IMG/VR virus record: IMGVR_UViG_3300032225_001178
Location: 1 to 46,632 of that record
Direction: 5' to 3' (one strand)
Source of the DNA: a virus
Taxonomy: Duplodnaviria; Caudoviricetes
Length of the DNA: 46,632 bases
In this document: in pieces, positions 1-9,562 of the stretch
Layout: each line of letters begins with the position of its first letter
Numbering within the stretch: the stretch's first letter is position 1
Notes under the pieces: generated by a model
What the model saw: the letters and a program-made list of their open reading frames with translations, nothing else
Database searches by the model: none
Told to the model about the DNA's origin: nothing
Position numbers and translations under genes: made by a program

Positions 1-3000
1 GAAGTCAATTCCTTCAAGTCTTGAAGACTCAAATCAACCGTTGAACCAGGAATCGCAATGAATGAAAATACCTGTTCACCAGGTAGTGCATACTGCGCAC
101 CGAACGCAAACGTTATAGTATTTGATGCACTAATGGTAGTTGTCGCTGTCTGCGTAAACGTCACACGATAAACAGTAGTAGCTCCAAATGTTCTAGTCGA
201 TAATCCGCTTACAGAAGTACCAGCTGGGAATTTAGTATCACCTGACGAAACTCGAGTGCTTACTGTAGCACCAGATGCTAGCCAACTTATGCTATCAAAG
301 AACAAGAAGTTTTTGTTTTGATAACTTGCTGCTGAACCGGCTGCGGTTACAGTTACAGTGACATCGTTGCCGCCACCTGTAGTTGATGTAGCATTTCCGT
401 TTGAACTCATAACTACACGAGTGTAGCTGGTCGAGTTAATGATAATATAACCTGTGGTAAACGATTGGATTGTCTGGCTACCGGTAAGCACTGTGGCTGC
501 GCTCACAGTGTCGCCAGCTAATACCCCAGCTGCCGTCCATTGCGCATCAGTTACCAAGAAGTCAATTCTACCTGAACTAATCGCACTGCCGTAAGTGGCT
601 GTGGCTGCTGATGTAGATGTAATTGATACTGTATTTGATGCACCAGCAGCACTTGAAGAGTTTGCTACCGCAGTCATTACAATTCTAGCGTAGGCAGTGC
701 CTGCGATAGTTGTGTAGTTTTGAGTGATACTTGAAACTGTTTGACTAGCAGTGATATAGGTTGCTGTGCTCAATACGTCAGTAATTCTTAGGTTGCCGGC
801 AAGTGCTGCATAGTCTGCCTGGGTAATTAAGAAATCACTTCTTGCAGTGCTTAATGCACTGGCATAGTTAGCAGCAACTGAGCTGGTCAATGTCAATGAT
901 AAATTCTGTGCACCGTTTGTAGCTGCCACAGGACTTGTTGAAGTACCGAGAGCATTCATTACCACTCTTGTGTAAGATGTTCCGTTGATAGTAACATAAT
1001 CACGGGTCCAGCTTGAAATAGTTTGTCCACCAGTTAGATATGTTGCGATTGCTATTGGATCGCCGACCGCAAGCGGTGTTGTTAGGGCATCGTATGCTGC
1101 GGTGGTAATCAAGAAATCGTTACGTGTTGCACTAATAGCTGAACGATAGGTACTGCTGTAGGCAGTGGTAATCGTTAGCGGGCTGTTATTACCCGAGCCA
1201 GGAGTTGTATTCGATGCCGGTGCAGCACTTAAAACAATACGGGTATAAGCAGTGATACCTGCACCGCCTGCATACGCTCTAGTTACACTGACAATAGTGG
1301 TGCCAGCCTGTAAGCTACCGCCTGTAATTGTGTCACCGGCCTGTGGCACTAACGCTAAAGAATCATATTGTGCGTTAGTAATCAAAATGTCGTTACGTGC
1401 TGTGCTCAATGCAGACACATAGGTGTTATTACCGTATGGTTGACCAGCATTAAAACCAAGTGCAGTAACACCCTGTGCCAGTGTGCCGAATGACTGTGCG
1501 GTTAACGATTGTGTTGTTGAATTAAATGCTCTTGCAGTTAATGTCTGTGTACTTGCTGCAAATGATTTTGCAGTCAGTGTAGTTGTAAATGCACCTTGTA
1601 CTGTGGCAGTCGAAGTTGATGCTCCACCTGACCACGTCACAGAACCGCCAGATGCAACCTGTGCAAAGCTAGGCTGTCCACCAGTCGCCTGTGATGCTAA
1701 ACCAACCCAGGTAATCTTAGTTGGATCAGTCGGGTAGTTTGCTGGGTTTAATACCCCTTCAACAACAATACCGCCGCCGCCGGATGCTACAGGATCAGAC
1801 GCAATTGAAATATTTTGTAGCAATAGTTGAGCACGATTCAGTAGTTCTCGATCACCTAGGTCACCTGTTTGTGCGTTTGACACACTAGGTGCTAGTCGAA
1901 TTAAGAACGCAGTATTCTTATCAATAGATACAGAAATATTACTTGCTGAATAGTTAAACAAATAACCACGGTCACTGTCGAACTGTCCGTCAATCATAAA
2001 TGCTGAACCCCAGTGACTGATAATTGGTGAAACAGTGTTTGATGCTAGAATAACACCAGCTCGAGCTGAATGGCTAGCGGCTGCACCACCTTGGAATGTT
2101 CTATTTGATCCAGCTACGAACTGGGTCATTGTTGCACCACGTGTACAGCCAGTTAGACTAGTTCCAGTGTTACCTGTATATCGAATTAATTCGTTATCGA
2201 TTAATACTGTACCTGCATTTGGGAAGTAGTAGGCATTGGTCAATGGGATAACCGTGACTGAAGCATTGATAGCTGCAGACAGTTGATCTTTTGCACCTTC
2301 ATTGATAACTTCATAGCGCACAGGTTGGTTACCAGTACGCATATATGCTTCTGAGTTTACGTTTGAATTACGGAAGCGATGAGCAAATACATAATTTCCA
2401 TCTGGTCCACGTAGCATAAAATCAATAAATCCAGCACCGTACCAAGTCCACTGCATACCAATCATCTGCATTTTTGTTACGTCGATATTATATCCACTCG
2501 GTCCTGAGCCGTTGCAGGGATCTAGATTCCACTCGTTTTGAGGTACAACAATATCAATGGTCTTACAAGCACGACCGCCCACTACATCATTAACTCCACG
2601 ATAGTCTGGAGTTACAGTTAATGCAGTATCGCTAGAAATACTAGATACCACGTGACTCATACCCTTGATAACAATACGATCGCCTGCGGCAAGCTGTTGA
2701 GTAAATCGACTGTTAGCTCCTGTGACAGCATTAGAGTTAGCTGCGAGGTTAATAGTACCTGCTAGTTGGAATGTTGAAGAACGACGTACAACTGCCATTC
2801 TGATACCATCATATTGATAGAACATACCGTTTTGGTCATCAAATGTGCCTGAACGTACAGTGGCACCGTGCCAGTGATAAACAGACATTTGACAAGGACT
2901 ACCTAGTACGGCTGTTGCTGATCCTAACGTTTGTGTTGCGGCAAATTTTAATGTGCGTTCGTCAACGATTGCAGATACTGTGTATATACCATTGTATCCA

Positions 3001-5768
3001 GAAGTAGACACTCCATTAATAATAATCTGCGCACCTACCTGACAGCCGTGGTCGGTATCGTCTGTTGCCAACGTGATAGTTGATCCGACTGTGGTACCAG
3101 TAGCTGATAAACTTGCTAGGTCATAACTTGGTGCAAATAGCGCACCGGTGTTATACATAACGCCCTTACCTGATTGGTAACGTATATATTTCTTGCTCAT
3201 ACGAATCGCTGTAGCACCGTGAGCTGGGCCGCCAGTTCCTAGCTGTACACCACCGTCATATGGTCTATGTACAAAGTAACTGTCTGGACGAGCATACACT
3301 GTGCCAGTCAACGTGTTAGCAATGTTACCCTGTGATCGAGCTGTATATCGTAGAGTTGTTAGAGTTGGGGTTGAATCAATATAGAAACCACCTGCTGCTA
3401 GTTGTGCATTAGTACCACTGCTATTGATTGAGATAGTAATCGAATCGCCCGGCAAAAATCCGTGTGCAGTGGCGAATGTAATTTCAACTAATGCAATCGA
3501 AGTATAGTTAACTGTTGTGGAATCAGCGATCGGTGCTGTTGAAAAATCGTTTAATGCAATAGATGAAATAAAGTTCTTAGTCGGAGCAGTTACCGGAGTA
3601 CCACTGATACTAAAGCTGATGATGTCGCCACCAAGATCCACTGACAGTACTTCGATAGTAGCATTAGCATCACCGCCGGAGATTGTGATAAGATCAGTTA
3701 CACTGTAATTTTTACCCGGAGTATTAATAGCCACCGCAGTAACTACTCCACCTACTGTGGTAATATCCACAGTTAGACCTGTACCAGCAGTTGCTAGGGC
3801 ACTGTCTGCAGGAGCCACTGAAGTAGCCACTGCTGTTGCGTCTGAATATCCTGTGCCACCGTATAGTGTTCCAACATTAAATGCTGTAACTGTATTTTTG
3901 TCGGCTGCTGTGTTAACGGTAATAGTTGCACTGTTAGCTGGTGCTGCACCACCAAGAACTGTTCCAGCAAACAACAGTGTGTCTCCGGCTTTGTAGCCTG
4001 ATCCGTTACTGCTACCAGCTGCTACTGCATACACTGTGCCTAAGCGAGAAATGTCAAAGTTTGCACCTGAACCATCTGTCGATGTTGTGGTAGTTGGAGA
4101 TAGGTTATTGTAAGTTGCGTTGGTACCTTTGATAACGCTGGTCAGTGCTCCGCTGAGACTGACTGTATTACCCTGAATGTCTGTGACTGCAACAGAAGTT
4201 CCATCACCACGATCGATTACTAAGCCTGGACTAAGACCAGTTGTATCTTTTACAACGATCGTGGTATCGCCAATCGCAGCATCTGAGGTTAATTGTGTGG
4301 CTGCTACTGTGCCGCCGTTACCTACTACCGCAGTAATCTGCGTTCCAGTTGGAAAACCGGATACAGTAATCGGAGACCCTAATGGTGGTGGTGAACCAGT
4401 GAAGCCAAATACTGATGCGCCAGTAGCAGTGACCAAGCTGGTTGCTACTGTACCGCTTTGTCCGTTTGACACCACGTTAAAACTTGGTGTGCCTACTGAA
4501 GCTCCGGTGTAGAATCCTGCTTTACGAAGCTGTGTATATGACTGGCTCAGAGTAGTTGGATTTGTTACACCAACTTTAGCTTTGGCATAATAGGTAAGGC
4601 TAGTTGGTGTTGGTACTGAGTTAACAAGGAATGTGCCTTCTGCACGTCCAAAACCTTTTACAGAAGCTGCAAGAGCTTTAATAGTAAACACATCGCCTAC
4701 TACTAGTCCGTGTGTTGATAATGTTGTTACCGTAATCAAACTAGAGCCGATACCACTAGTACCGTTTGATGCGTCGGTTATTACAGATACCACAGGAACA
4801 TCACTACCTGGAATTTCATAAACAGACGGATAGTTACGCATCATCGAAATCGTCTGCCACTTAGTTGGCTGTAGTCCATATTCAAAGTCAGCGTCTAGCA
4901 TTGACTGTGGAATACCAACTTTCATACGTTCCATTGCGTCTGTTGCAATAGAGTTTAATCTAACTTCTTGAGATTTACCTTCAACAAAGATCTGTATTTG
5001 ATCAGTGACTAGATATTTGCTAGTATCGGCGTTGAAAATAATTGTGGTAATCTGTTCTTGACCGTATAATGCCGCTGGAAAATCGCTGTCGTATTGTTCG
5101 CTGTAGGTTAGATTAACTGAAGTGTCTGGATCAGAAAAATTATACAGAATCTCATTGCGTGTTGTGTTTGTGATCAGCAATATATCTTTTAACTTAAAGA
5201 AACCAGGAAATTTCAAATAGCCACGATCTGTAGTTTTTGCTGGCAATGAACTTAGGCCGTTAGTGATAACGTTAATAATAACGTTGGCCAACGTTGTGAT
5301 AGCTGTTAGTCCTGCTGATTCTGGGGTAAGAGTATTGTTTTTATATTGAGTGAAAGTTCCTTGACGTCCGGTAAATGTAACACTCGGAGCAATATTATTA
5401 ATGATAAGGTCAAGAATAAATGTGTGAGCATAGACCTCGGGTAATCTGTTTCCATCGATCTGAGGAAGACCGTATTCAAAATATTTTGCAGCGTTGTTTA
5501 CTGTGCTGATATTACCAGTGTGCTTTAGGTCGCTGATATATCCCTCGAGGACATAGCTGATATCTCTTTGACATTTAGCACTGTCGTATGTGTAGTAGGC
5601 AAACGGAGCAATGTTGTTTGTTGAATTATAGTTGATATATGCTATAGTTTCTGCTATGATATATTTTCTATTTTCATACAGTAGTGTTGCTAGGTTTGGA
5701 TATAAGTTTGCTGACGGAGTTACGTTCCCCGGTATAAACTTATATGTTGAAATCTGTTTCTTTGCCAT
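1..5768 (-). CDS. Giant virion structural/fibre protein, 3'-truncated by the window (>1920 aa)
   Basis: Absent from the ORF track because there is no in-window stop. ATG at 5768 follows a GAGGA Shine-Dalgarno. Reads MAKKQISTYKFIPG...LLITNTTRNEILYNFSD...PQSMLDADFEYGLQPTKW...RMSKKYIRYQSGKG...SPIISHWGSAFMIDGQFDSDRGYLF...LSLQDLKELT, in the same frame at the window edge. Thr/Gly/Ala-rich, with motifs typical of large structural proteins of T4-like aquatic phages. Confidence 0.85.
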   Translation of the reverse strand, partial: MAKKQISTYKFIPGNVTPSANLYPNLATLLYENRKYIIAETIAYINYNSTNNIAPFAYYTYDSAKCQRDISYVLEGYISDLKHTGNISTVNNAAKYFEYGLPQIDGNRLPEVYAHTFILDLIINNIAPSVTFTGRQGTFTQYKNNTLTPESAGLTAITTLANVIINVITNGLSSLPAKTTDRGYLKFPGFFKLKDILLITNTTRNEILYNFSDPDTSVNLTYSEQYDSDFPAALYGQEQITTIIFNADTSKYLVTDQIQIFVEGKSQEVRLNSIATDAMERMKVGIPQSMLDADFEYGLQPTKWQTISMMRNYPSVYEIPGSDVPVVSVITDASNGTSGIGSSLITVTTLSTHGLVVGDVFTIKALAASVKGFGRAEGTFLVNSVPTPTSLTYYAKAKVGVTNPTTLSQSYTQLRKAGFYTGASVGTPSFNVVSNGQSGTVATSLVTATGASVFGFTGSPPPLGSPITVSGFPTGTQITAVVGNGGTVAATQLTSDAAIGDTTIVVKDTTGLSPGLVIDRGDGTSVAVTDIQGNTVSLSGALTSVIKGTNATYNNLSPTTTTSTDGSGANFDISRLGTVYAVAAGSSNGSGYKAGDTLLFAGTVLGGAAPANSATITVNTAADKNTVTAFNVGTLYGGTGYSDATAVATSVAPADSALATAGTGLTVDITTVGGVVTAVAINTPGKNYSVTDLITISGGDANATIEVLSVDLGGDIISFSISGTPVTAPTKNFISSIALNDFSTAPIADSTTVNYTSIALVEITFATAHGFLPGDSITISINSSGTNAQLAAGGFYIDSTPTLTTLRYTARSQGNIANTLTGTVYARPDSYFVHRPYDGGVQLGTGGPAHGATAIRMSKKYIRYQSGKGVMYNTGALFAPSYDLASLSATGTTVGSTITLATDDTDHGCQVGAQIIINGVSTSGYNGIYTVSAIVDERTLKFAATQTLGSATAVLGSPCQMSVYHWHGATVRSGTFDDQNGMFYQYDGIRMAVVRRSSTFQLAGTINLAANSNAVTGANSRFTQQLAAGDRIVIKGMSHVVSSISSDTALTVTPDYRGVNDVVGGRACKTIDIVVPQNEWNLDPCNGSGPSGYNIDVTKMQMIGMQWTWYGAGFIDFMLRGPDGNYVFAHRFRNSNVNSEAYMRTGNQPVRYEVINEGAKDQLSAAINASVTVIPLTNAYYFPNAGTVLIDNELIRYTGNTGTSLTGCTRGATMTQFVAGSNRTFQGGAAASHSARAGVILASNTVSPIISHWGSAFMIDGQFDSDRGYLFNYSASNISVSIDKNTAFLIRLAPSVSNAQTGDLGDRELLNRAQLLLQNISIASDPVASGGGGIVVEGVLNPANYPTDPTKITWVGLASQATGGQPSFAQVASGGSVTWSGGASTSTATVQGAFTTTLTAKSFAASTQTLTARAFNSTTQSLTAQSFGTLAQGVTALGFNAGQPYGNNTYVSALSTARNDILITNAQYDSLALVPQAGDTITGGSLQAGTTIVSVTRAYAGGAGITAYTRIVLSAAPASNTTPGSGNNSPLTITTAYSSTYRSAISATRNDFLITTAAYDALTTPLAVGDPIAIATYLTGGQTISSWTRDYVTINGTSYTRVVMNALGTSTSPVAATNGAQNLSLTLTSSVAANYASALSTARSDFLITQADYAALAGNLRITDVLSTATYITASQTVSSITQNYTTIAGTAYARIVMTAVANSSSAAGASNTVSITSTSAATATYGSAISSGRIDFLVTDAQWTAAGVLAGDTVSAATVLTGSQTIQSFTTGYIIINSTSYTRVVMSSNGNATSTTGGGNDVTVTVTAAGSAASYQNKNFLFFDSISWLASGATVSTRVSSGDTKFPAGTSVSGLSTRTFGATTVYRVTFTQTATTTISASNTITFAFGAQYALPGEQVFSFIAIPGSTVDLSLQDLKELT
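295..1425 (-). repeat. Four ~90-aa protein repeats plus a degenerate fifth
   Basis: YVSALSTARNDILIT (~1380-1422), YRSAISATRNDFLIT (~1105-1150), YASALSTARSDFLIT (~822-866), YGSAISSGRIDFLVT (~550-594). Each is followed by T(I/V)xS...Y(T/A)R(I/V)V(M/L); period ~270-285 bp. Confidence 0.85.
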
Positions 5769-5789
5769 TTAAATATTTCCTCGAATGAT

Positions 5790-6791
5790 TTAACTCAGTG
5801 CTACTGCCATTGCTGCCGCTCGATTGTCGACGTAGGCTTTGTTTGTTACTTGTGTTTTTGTTGTTGGCTTAGTACTTATTGTCGCATAGCCATTGATCAC
5901 TGCATACTCGGTTGTTACAGTACCTGCTGTTATTGCTCCAGAAGATGTAACATCTAATTCTGTAGCTGTCACTTTTCCTTGAACTGTTACATTACCGTCT
6001 GCACCTATGGTGAATGTCTTTACGGTATTACCTGTGGCAATACCTGTTACTGTGAAATCTTTATCAGCAGTTAACGTAAATCCAAATGTGCCAGTAGCAC
6101 TGCCAAATTGTGCGCCTGTCATTGTTATACTGCCATTAGTGCCAAAGGTCCAGGTATTAGTCTCGTTGGTTATTATTACATTTGGATCACTTATGGCAAG
6201 GCTTTTAGTGCCGCTGGCGTTACTGAAAGTGGCGTATGACCCTGTTGACGCTAATATGTTTAATGGCTTTCCTGCTGCAGATGTAATATATCCGTTTAAT
6301 GTTAACCCGCCATCGACCCCGAGAATAGCACTTTTGCTACCATTGACTAATGATGTGGATGCAATGCTGATATCTGCTGAGCCATCAAATGCCACTCCGT
6401 TGATATTACGTGCAGTGGATAATTTGGTTGCAGTACTGGCGTTACCAGTTAATGCTCCAACAAATGTTGTGCTAGTTACACTGACTAATCCAGCGATAGT
6501 TGTTGCTGATGCGCCTAGGCCAATGTCAGTTGTGCCAACTGTTACTTTACTGTTTGTCAGTTTTGCATTGCCGATACTGCCTGCGCCAAATGCTGTCGAA
6601 GGTATACTACCCTCGATATTTGAAAAATCTGATCGTAAAATTTGATATCCACCGACCGTAGAACCGTCATAGATCCTTAAAGATACTGTCGTTGGGTCAT
6701 AGAATACTTCTCCGCGACTGGCACTTTTACGGTTTAGCGTAACTGCATCGTGGTTGGGTAAGAATCGTATACTGTTAAAATTATTAGACAT
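5790..6791 (-). CDS. Tail fibre-like protein (333 aa)
   Basis: N-terminal GEVFYD...LRIYDGSTVGG (Mtd_N-like), the fibre repeat ALTGNASTATKLSTARNINGVAFDGSADISI, and C-terminal TNKAYVD...AMAVALS. Confidence 0.8.
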   Translation of the reverse strand: MSNNFNSIRFLPNHDAVTLNRKSASRGEVFYDPTTVSLRIYDGSTVGGYQILRSDFSNIEGSIPSTAFGAGSIGNAKLTNSKVTVGTTDIGLGASATTIAGLVSVTSTTFVGALTGNASTATKLSTARNINGVAFDGSADISIASTSLVNGSKSAILGVDGGLTLNGYITSAAGKPLNILASTGSYATFSNASGTKSLAISDPNVIITNETNTWTFGTNGSITMTGAQFGSATGTFGFTLTADKDFTVTGIATGNTVKTFTIGADGNVTVQGKVTATELDVTSSGAITAGTVTTEYAVINGYATISTKPTTKTQVTNKAYVDNRAAAMAVALS

Positions 6792-6815
6792 AGCTCTGTA
6801 TGGTCCTCGTCCTAT

Positions 6816-6823
6816 TATTTATC
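6816..6823 (-). promoter_or_regulatory. Putative T4-type late promoter (GATAAATA)
   Basis: 7/8 match to TATAAATA, intergenic, 24 nt upstream of the 6791 start. Confidence 0.6.
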
Positions 6824-6866
6824 AGTTTAGAATTTTTCAGGACTTGTGTAATATGATCAGATAACG

Positions 6867-6874
6867 TGTAAATA
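6867..6874 (+). promoter_or_regulatory. Possible late promoter variant (TGTAAATA)
   Basis: 7/8 match to TATAAATA, 5 nt before the ATG at 6880; no obvious Shine-Dalgarno. Confidence 0.35.
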
Positions 6875-6879
6875 TCTCT

Positions 6880-7710
6880 ATGTTTAGTCTATTTAAAAAG
6901 AAAAAAAGCTGGGTAAGATTCTATTGTTTGGATCAGAATGTTGCCCTTGTTTATCCTGTAACTCAGTCAAAATTAGTGGAGCGAGACTGGAACAGTCTGG
7001 CTACTACAGATAGGAATCAGCCTTCCCAAGGAAAGCAAATTGTATTAAATTGTCCTGCGATCAAGCAATTGGTTAGGACTGGATTTGTTATGCGAGCTCC
7101 TGCTGATTTTGTGATAAAAACTGGGCCAGAAGTAGAGCATCTAAGCTGGGAAACTCCTTTTATGTTCAAGCGTCACAGTGACAAATACACGTTTGGCGGA
7201 ACGGATTATTACGTCAGCTGGCACAGTCCTGCTCAAACAGAACCGCTGCTACCGCGTGAAATCCCCAATACAGACAGACAGACATTGCATAGTGCAGTTA
7301 AAGTAGAAACTCCTTGGCGCATAAAAGCCAGCGATGATATTTTACTATTACAGATCCCTGTAAGCTATGATAATGAAGCTAGGTTTACTGCCGCTATTGG
7401 CATCGTAGATCCTAAATATATGCACTCTGTTAGCATACAATTATTCTGGCACGTTCTTGAGGGCGAAACTCTAATACGTGCAGGAACTCCTTTGGTACAA
7501 TACATACCAATCAGCCGCAAACTTGTAGAACAAGGCGGTCTGGATTTTATCGTTGATGTAGCAGGAGATATAGAAAAAGAGATGGAAGAAGCCTACACAT
7601 TCTCAAATCACAGTAGATTTCCTAGAAGTGATTCAGTTGGCAATAAGATACGTGTTATTACCAAACTGTTTGATTACTTTAGAAACAAATATCCCAAGTC
7701 TAAAATTTAA
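6880..7710 (+). CDS. Conserved phage protein, dUTPase-fold-like / DUF6065-like (276 aa)
   Basis: CPAI...GFVMRAPADF, ETPWRI, GIVDPKY and IRAGTPLVQYIP. The last two resemble dUTPase motifs 3 and 4. Clear paralog of 21573-22358. Confidence 0.55.
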   Translation: MFSLFKKKKSWVRFYCLDQNVALVYPVTQSKLVERDWNSLATTDRNQPSQGKQIVLNCPAIKQLVRTGFVMRAPADFVIKTGPEVEHLSWETPFMFKRHSDKYTFGGTDYYVSWHSPAQTEPLLPREIPNTDRQTLHSAVKVETPWRIKASDDILLLQIPVSYDNEARFTAAIGIVDPKYMHSVSIQLFWHVLEGETLIRAGTPLVQYIPISRKLVEQGGLDFIVDVAGDIEKEMEEAYTFSNHSRFPRSDSVGNKIRVITKLFDYFRNKYPKSKI

Positions 7711-8300
7711 ATACTCAGTCTAGTTAGCGGCAGTGAGTTAATCTGTCCACGTAAGAATGTATTAAAGCTCAGTGTAACCCGCGGAGTATTACCTTGGTAT
7801 TCTGTAACCATATGTTCTACGCTAGATGGAAATATTAACATATCACCAACTTTAGGTGCAATGCTCCAGCTTTTAGAGTTATAAAGATTTGACTCGTCGA
7901 TATCGTATTCAAGTGTTTGATATTCACTGGTAATAAACTTTGTCTGACCCGATTCCCCCTCGGAATCTAGATAGACAATCGCTGAAAAAATACTGTTAGG
8001 ATGATAGTGCCTATGATGAGTCTGACCCTTTTCGGTTTTGTTAAGCCAGGATTCTGTGATAGCAATTTCTGCTTTTTGATTGGCTCGCATAATACCGTAG
8101 AAATATTCGCATACGCCGTCAAATGCCAATTGAGAAATCTTTTCAAACTCTGGTTGCTCTAGAATATTTTGTGATTTGCTGATCCAGTTGTTATAGTTTT
8201 CAGTCCATTCCACTTTGCTGAGATCGAGACTTGAAACATCTAGAGATGTTTTAAAAATTGGTTTTGAAAATAAAGGCCAGAGAGTTTTTTCAGTTGTCAT
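7707..8300 (-). CDS. Fe(II)/2OG oxygenase-fold protein, TIGR02466-like (197 aa)
   Basis: LFSKPIF, SWLN, HYHPNSIFSAIVY, FPSSVEHMV, RVTLSFN. Confidence 0.85.
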   Translation of the reverse strand: MTTEKTLWPLFSKPIFKTSLDVSSLDLSKVEWTENYNNWISKSQNILEQPEFEKISQLAFDGVCEYFYGIMRANQKAEIAITESWLNKTEKGQTHHRHYHPNSIFSAIVYLDSEGESGQTKFITSEYQTLEYDIDESNLYNSKSWSIAPKVGDMLIFPSSVEHMVTEYQGNTPRVTLSFNTFLRGQINSLPLTRLSI

Positions 8301-8375
8301 AGGGTTCCAGGATAATAATATACAGTGTTAATTTATGATATATATAGTATCGTTTACGAAGGCGCATCAGCGAAT

Positions 8376-8954
8376 ATGAAAATAGAAAAAGATATCGGCA
8401 TTTGGGAAGGCATCCTCAATGAGAGCGAATGCCAACAGATCGTTGATCACTTTAATAAGTTGGATCAATTGAATCTCAGCTATACTAGACGCACTATCAA
8501 AGACGGTCTGGCACATCATAAAAGCGACACTGGTGTTTATGTACTAGATGAAAAATCTATAAGATTTAGTCCAGGCGCAGGCTTTCTAGGTTTCTTTATG
8601 GAAAGATTTTGGAACTGCTGGACTGAATACATTGATCATTATAGTGTTATGCACGAAGCAGGTAAACACACTATCCGGTCGATGAAGATACAAAAAACAT
8701 TGCCAGGCGAAGGTTATCATCTGTGGCATTTTGAGTCAGACGCTATTGAAAGATCCAGTCGTATTTGTGCCTGGGCAGTATATCTAAATACCGTTGAGCT
8801 AGGCGGAGAGACAGAATGGCTGTACCAAAGTGTTCGTATACCTGCAACGCAGGGAACATTAACTATTTGGCCTGCTGGTTTTACCCATACACATCGTGGC
8901 AATCCTCCTATCAGCGGTGAAAAATATCTAATAACAGGCTGGGTAGAGTTTTAA
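8376..8954 (+). CDS. Fe(II)/2OG oxygenase, prolyl-4-hydroxylase-like (192 aa)
   Basis: KIQKTLPGEGYHLWHFE, YLNTVELGGETEW, WPAGFTHTHRGNPPISGEKY. ATG 8376 preferred over GTG 8325. Confidence 0.88.
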   Translation: MKIEKDIGIWEGILNESECQQIVDHFNKLDQLNLSYTRRTIKDGLAHHKSDTGVYVLDEKSIRFSPGAGFLGFFMERFWNCWTEYIDHYSVMHEAGKHTIRSMKIQKTLPGEGYHLWHFESDAIERSSRICAWAVYLNTVELGGETEWLYQSVRIPATQGTLTIWPAGFTHTHRGNPPISGEKYLITGWVEF

Positions 8955-9562
8955 TGGAAATTCTAAATCTATTTCCTGTTGAAGCATTTGTGTTCAACAA
9001 TCCCAAGATCGATAACTACGAGCTAGTTGGTAAGATGGAACGGATGACTGACGTACCTCTTAAGAAAAATACCAACATCAGTGTGTTAGCTGACCTACAT
9101 CTTAATCCAGATTTTAAAGAATTGTTTGATTGGATCAATCAATGCTTGGATGAAGTACGTACAACAATGAAATACGATTGCGATCAGTTTGAAATCACCA
9201 ATAGCTGGTTTAATGTTTCTGTGGGTAAAGAAGATATGTATCAAAACTACCACAGACATTCGATGAGCTATTACAGCGGAATATACTACGCCACTGAAGG
9301 CTCACCTACTCTGTTTGAAGATCCAGTCACTCAGAGAGCATTTGCTCAACTGGAAGTATTGCGACACGACTATAATTCTTCGATTACTTCAGATGCAGTC
9401 CCTGGAAAATTAATTATATTTCCAAGCTGGATGTTCCACAGCAGCCCTACACACTACTCCTCGCTTGATAGATTTGTTGTCAGCTTCAATACTCTACCTA
9501 CAGGTAAAGTCAATCACGTGTTGGCTACAGATTCTAAAGCCACTATAAGGTTAGAAAGATGA
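8954..9562 (+). CDS. Fe(II)/2OG oxygenase-fold protein, TIGR02466-like (202 aa)
   Basis: LFPVEAF, SWFN, HRHSMSYYSGIYY, FPSWMFHSS, RFVVSFN. Start overlaps the upstream stop (TAATG). Confidence 0.85.
   Translation: MEILNLFPVEAFVFNNPKIDNYELVGKMERMTDVPLKKNTNISVLADLHLNPDFKELFDWINQCLDEVRTTMKYDCDQFEITNSWFNVSVGKEDMYQNYHRHSMSYYSGIYYATEGSPTLFEDPVTQRAFAQLEVLRHDYNSSITSDAVPGKLIIFPSWMFHSSPTHYSSLDRFVVSFNTLPTGKVNHVLATDSKATIRLER

Noticed and set aside
1483-6645. Plus-strand ORFs (1483-4821 set and the 212-aa ORF 6007-6645)
   Set aside because: Antisense shadows of long minus-strand Thr/Gly/Ala-rich genes; Val/Pro/Ala-rich and without motifs.
8301-8375. Divergent promoters in the AT-rich gap
   Set aside because: Promoters are probably present, but only weak matches (CATAAATT on the minus strand, ATATATAG on the plus strand) were seen and could not be placed.
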